Below are positions 62,160-64,000 of a stretch of DNA of 64,000 nt, one piece after another. Position numbers and translations under genes: made by a program. Under the pieces are notes generated by a model. The model made no database searches, was not told where the DNA came from, and saw only the letters and a program-made list of their open reading frames with translations. This DNA is from Stylophora pistillata (Eukaryota), in NCBI RefSeq assembly GCF_002571385.2, contig NW_019218108.1:1-64000 (forward strand), read 5' to 3'. Numbering within the stretch: the stretch's first letter is position 1; each line of letters begins with the position of its first letter.

Positions 62160-62864
62160 GTAAATCATTATGTTTATCTTTCTAAATTTTTCCCTGGGCA
62201 AGTGGTTTAGTGCAACTCCGAGTAATCGATGAGAGTTTTCATATCGCGTAAGAACACGCGTCAGTGTCGCAACAGCCAAACAAATGATAGCTCATCGATT
62301 TTGCTGTCCAATTAAGTGGATACGATTTTTGTCTAATCAATTCACAAGCCGTGAACTCGAGCGTCGCAAATCAAGTTAGATTGGTGTAGAGACCAATACG
62401 GAAACACCATGGTAAATATGTTACTTTATTTCGTAAAATTTTAGTTCCTTTTTGTGACTTTCGAAGCGAATGAGGTGTAATTGTATTTCGCTTATTTCTG
62501 TATTTTAATTGTGATCTATTCTTTCCTTTTATTTAAGTTCTCAAAGCGTTTATTCGTGATACACTTTGGATCAAATTGAAATACTTGTAGTATATGTTTC
62601 AAGGTCTTTCGTAACCTGATTTTAACCCCATAATTTTGTTCAACGCAGTAACTATTTCTGTAATGTCGGCTGTGAAAAGACTGCCCTTCAAAACAACGAA
62701 CGATATTGAAATTTACCCTGACGAGAATAAGATATCATAGGTAAAGAGTCAGTTTGATTCCAAATCGAACATCATCAGGGAGAGATTTCAGTCGATCTGG
62801 ATTCGTTGACTGAAATTATTTAGCTGTGGTATGATAAAACCACAACCATTTAAATGCTTGTAAT

Positions 62865-63068
62865 TTCATTGAATTCTTTACACCCTAACATCAGTATCCA
62901 TATTCTCCATACTGTTCTCTAAACGTTTCCTAAGGTGCTGACAAGGAGAATTTGTTTAACAATCAGCTTGTTTGACTGGTTATCATCTTATTCTCGTGAC
63001 GTTAATGTGTGATTCAGGGGTGATATTGTAAGGAGAAATTAGATGCTAGTCTGACTCCTAGCGGTTAA
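62865..63068 (+). repeat. Dispersed ~200-bp repeat (TTAA-type MITE); related copies at ~44750-44912 (-), ~49500-49700 (-) and ~52425-52638
   Basis: Shared core CCCTAACATCAG...ATATTCTCC.TACTGTT...GTGCTG.CAAGGAGAATTTG...AACAATCA. Confidence 0.6.
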
Positions 63069-64000
63069 AGGCCGGGTTAATTACGAAACAAAGGTTGTTT
63101 TATTGTGTACTGGTATACGGTATATTTCTTGTGAAGTTTGATGTTCTAGCCGCCATTTTGGAGATGTTGGAGCCTAGGAGAGAGACTGCAACAGAAGGTT
63201 TTCTTTGATACTGCGGAGGTCTCCTCCAGTGCCCTTAACGCGCGCTCTGCTTAGCGTTCACACCACGCATTTCTGAAGCATTTATAAATTTTTCTTATTC
63301 AATAAAAATTTATAACCATTTACCAACCAAAATATTGCCATCACTGAAATTATGTGCTGATATTTCAGAAGTAAATTTGTATTTTCTTACTTTAGTACTC
63401 ACTTACCGGAAGTCATTTCTTGACGTTTTCAAGCAATTGACTTTGACAGAATCGCTTCTAGTCCCAGAGGAATTTAATCAACATCTGTTTGAAAAATATA
63501 TAAGTCGACTATTGTAGCCCTCACCAAAACACACCAAGACGACAAGGAACTGTTTCGATAAGAAATGTTTGCCACCAGGTACGTTTCGCTCATTGCAGCT
63601 CTCTTCGCCCAGCTTAAAGCGCATGGTAAGTTACTATTCTTTCATAAAATTCTACCCTTCTCTTCAGCTTGTTTTAGCACGATGTAGATGGAATAACTTT
63701 CGTGTGCTCTCTGTTCTGCGCTTTAAAAAAAGTGTGGCGCGGTTGTATCGTTACTGGTTATTCAGTATTTATTACTGGTGCAACATTAGTTACAGACCAC
63801 AGCGAAACGTGTTCTTGAGTCCTTCCTTTACCGATATCGATGCTTAAATGGAAGAATTCACGAAACGGAGCAAAAAGAATGTTAATTGTTTGTTGCGGGG
63901 AAGTTCACACGCAAGCCGAATTTGTGGCAAGATTTTTGAGAGAACTGCCACTTGTAATTACCGAGTAAGGCAGTTAATTTATCGGAAAGAATGGTATGGC

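Overview
This is eukaryotic, AT-rich, intron-containing DNA. It is most likely a stony coral or related anthozoan, which I infer from the repeat content, the Not-like homeobox and the tandem F5/8C gene. The assembly is fragmented: single 'n' joins at 4102, 7247, 8937, 15022, 18955, 42508 and 59383, plus an N-run at 27793-27813. The first ~21 kb is a transposon cluster. It holds (1) an intact hAT transposase whose intron contains a same-strand, in-phase F-box/LRR exon, a candidate alternative last exon and the most unusual feature found; (2) a 9-exon Kolobok-type DDE transposase; and (3) a decayed THAP/ISL2EU transposase split by a full-length L2/CR1-group LINE, a TIR MITE and a second LINE 5' piece. 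The LINE has a signal-peptide-like leader, a 2A-like motif, a PHD finger, APE and RT. The rest of the window holds host genes: a two-domain F5/8C (discoidin) gene (-), a Not-like homeobox (+), a CAP/SCP protein with a hydrophobic tail (-), haspin (+, with one in-frame TAG), CFAP99 (+), and the signal-peptide exon of a further gene. Introns carry many MITEs and SINEs, and one intron has a tandem pair of Penelope-type minimal hammerhead ribozyme motifs. All exon models were read by eye from splice signals and reading frame. No database searches were run.
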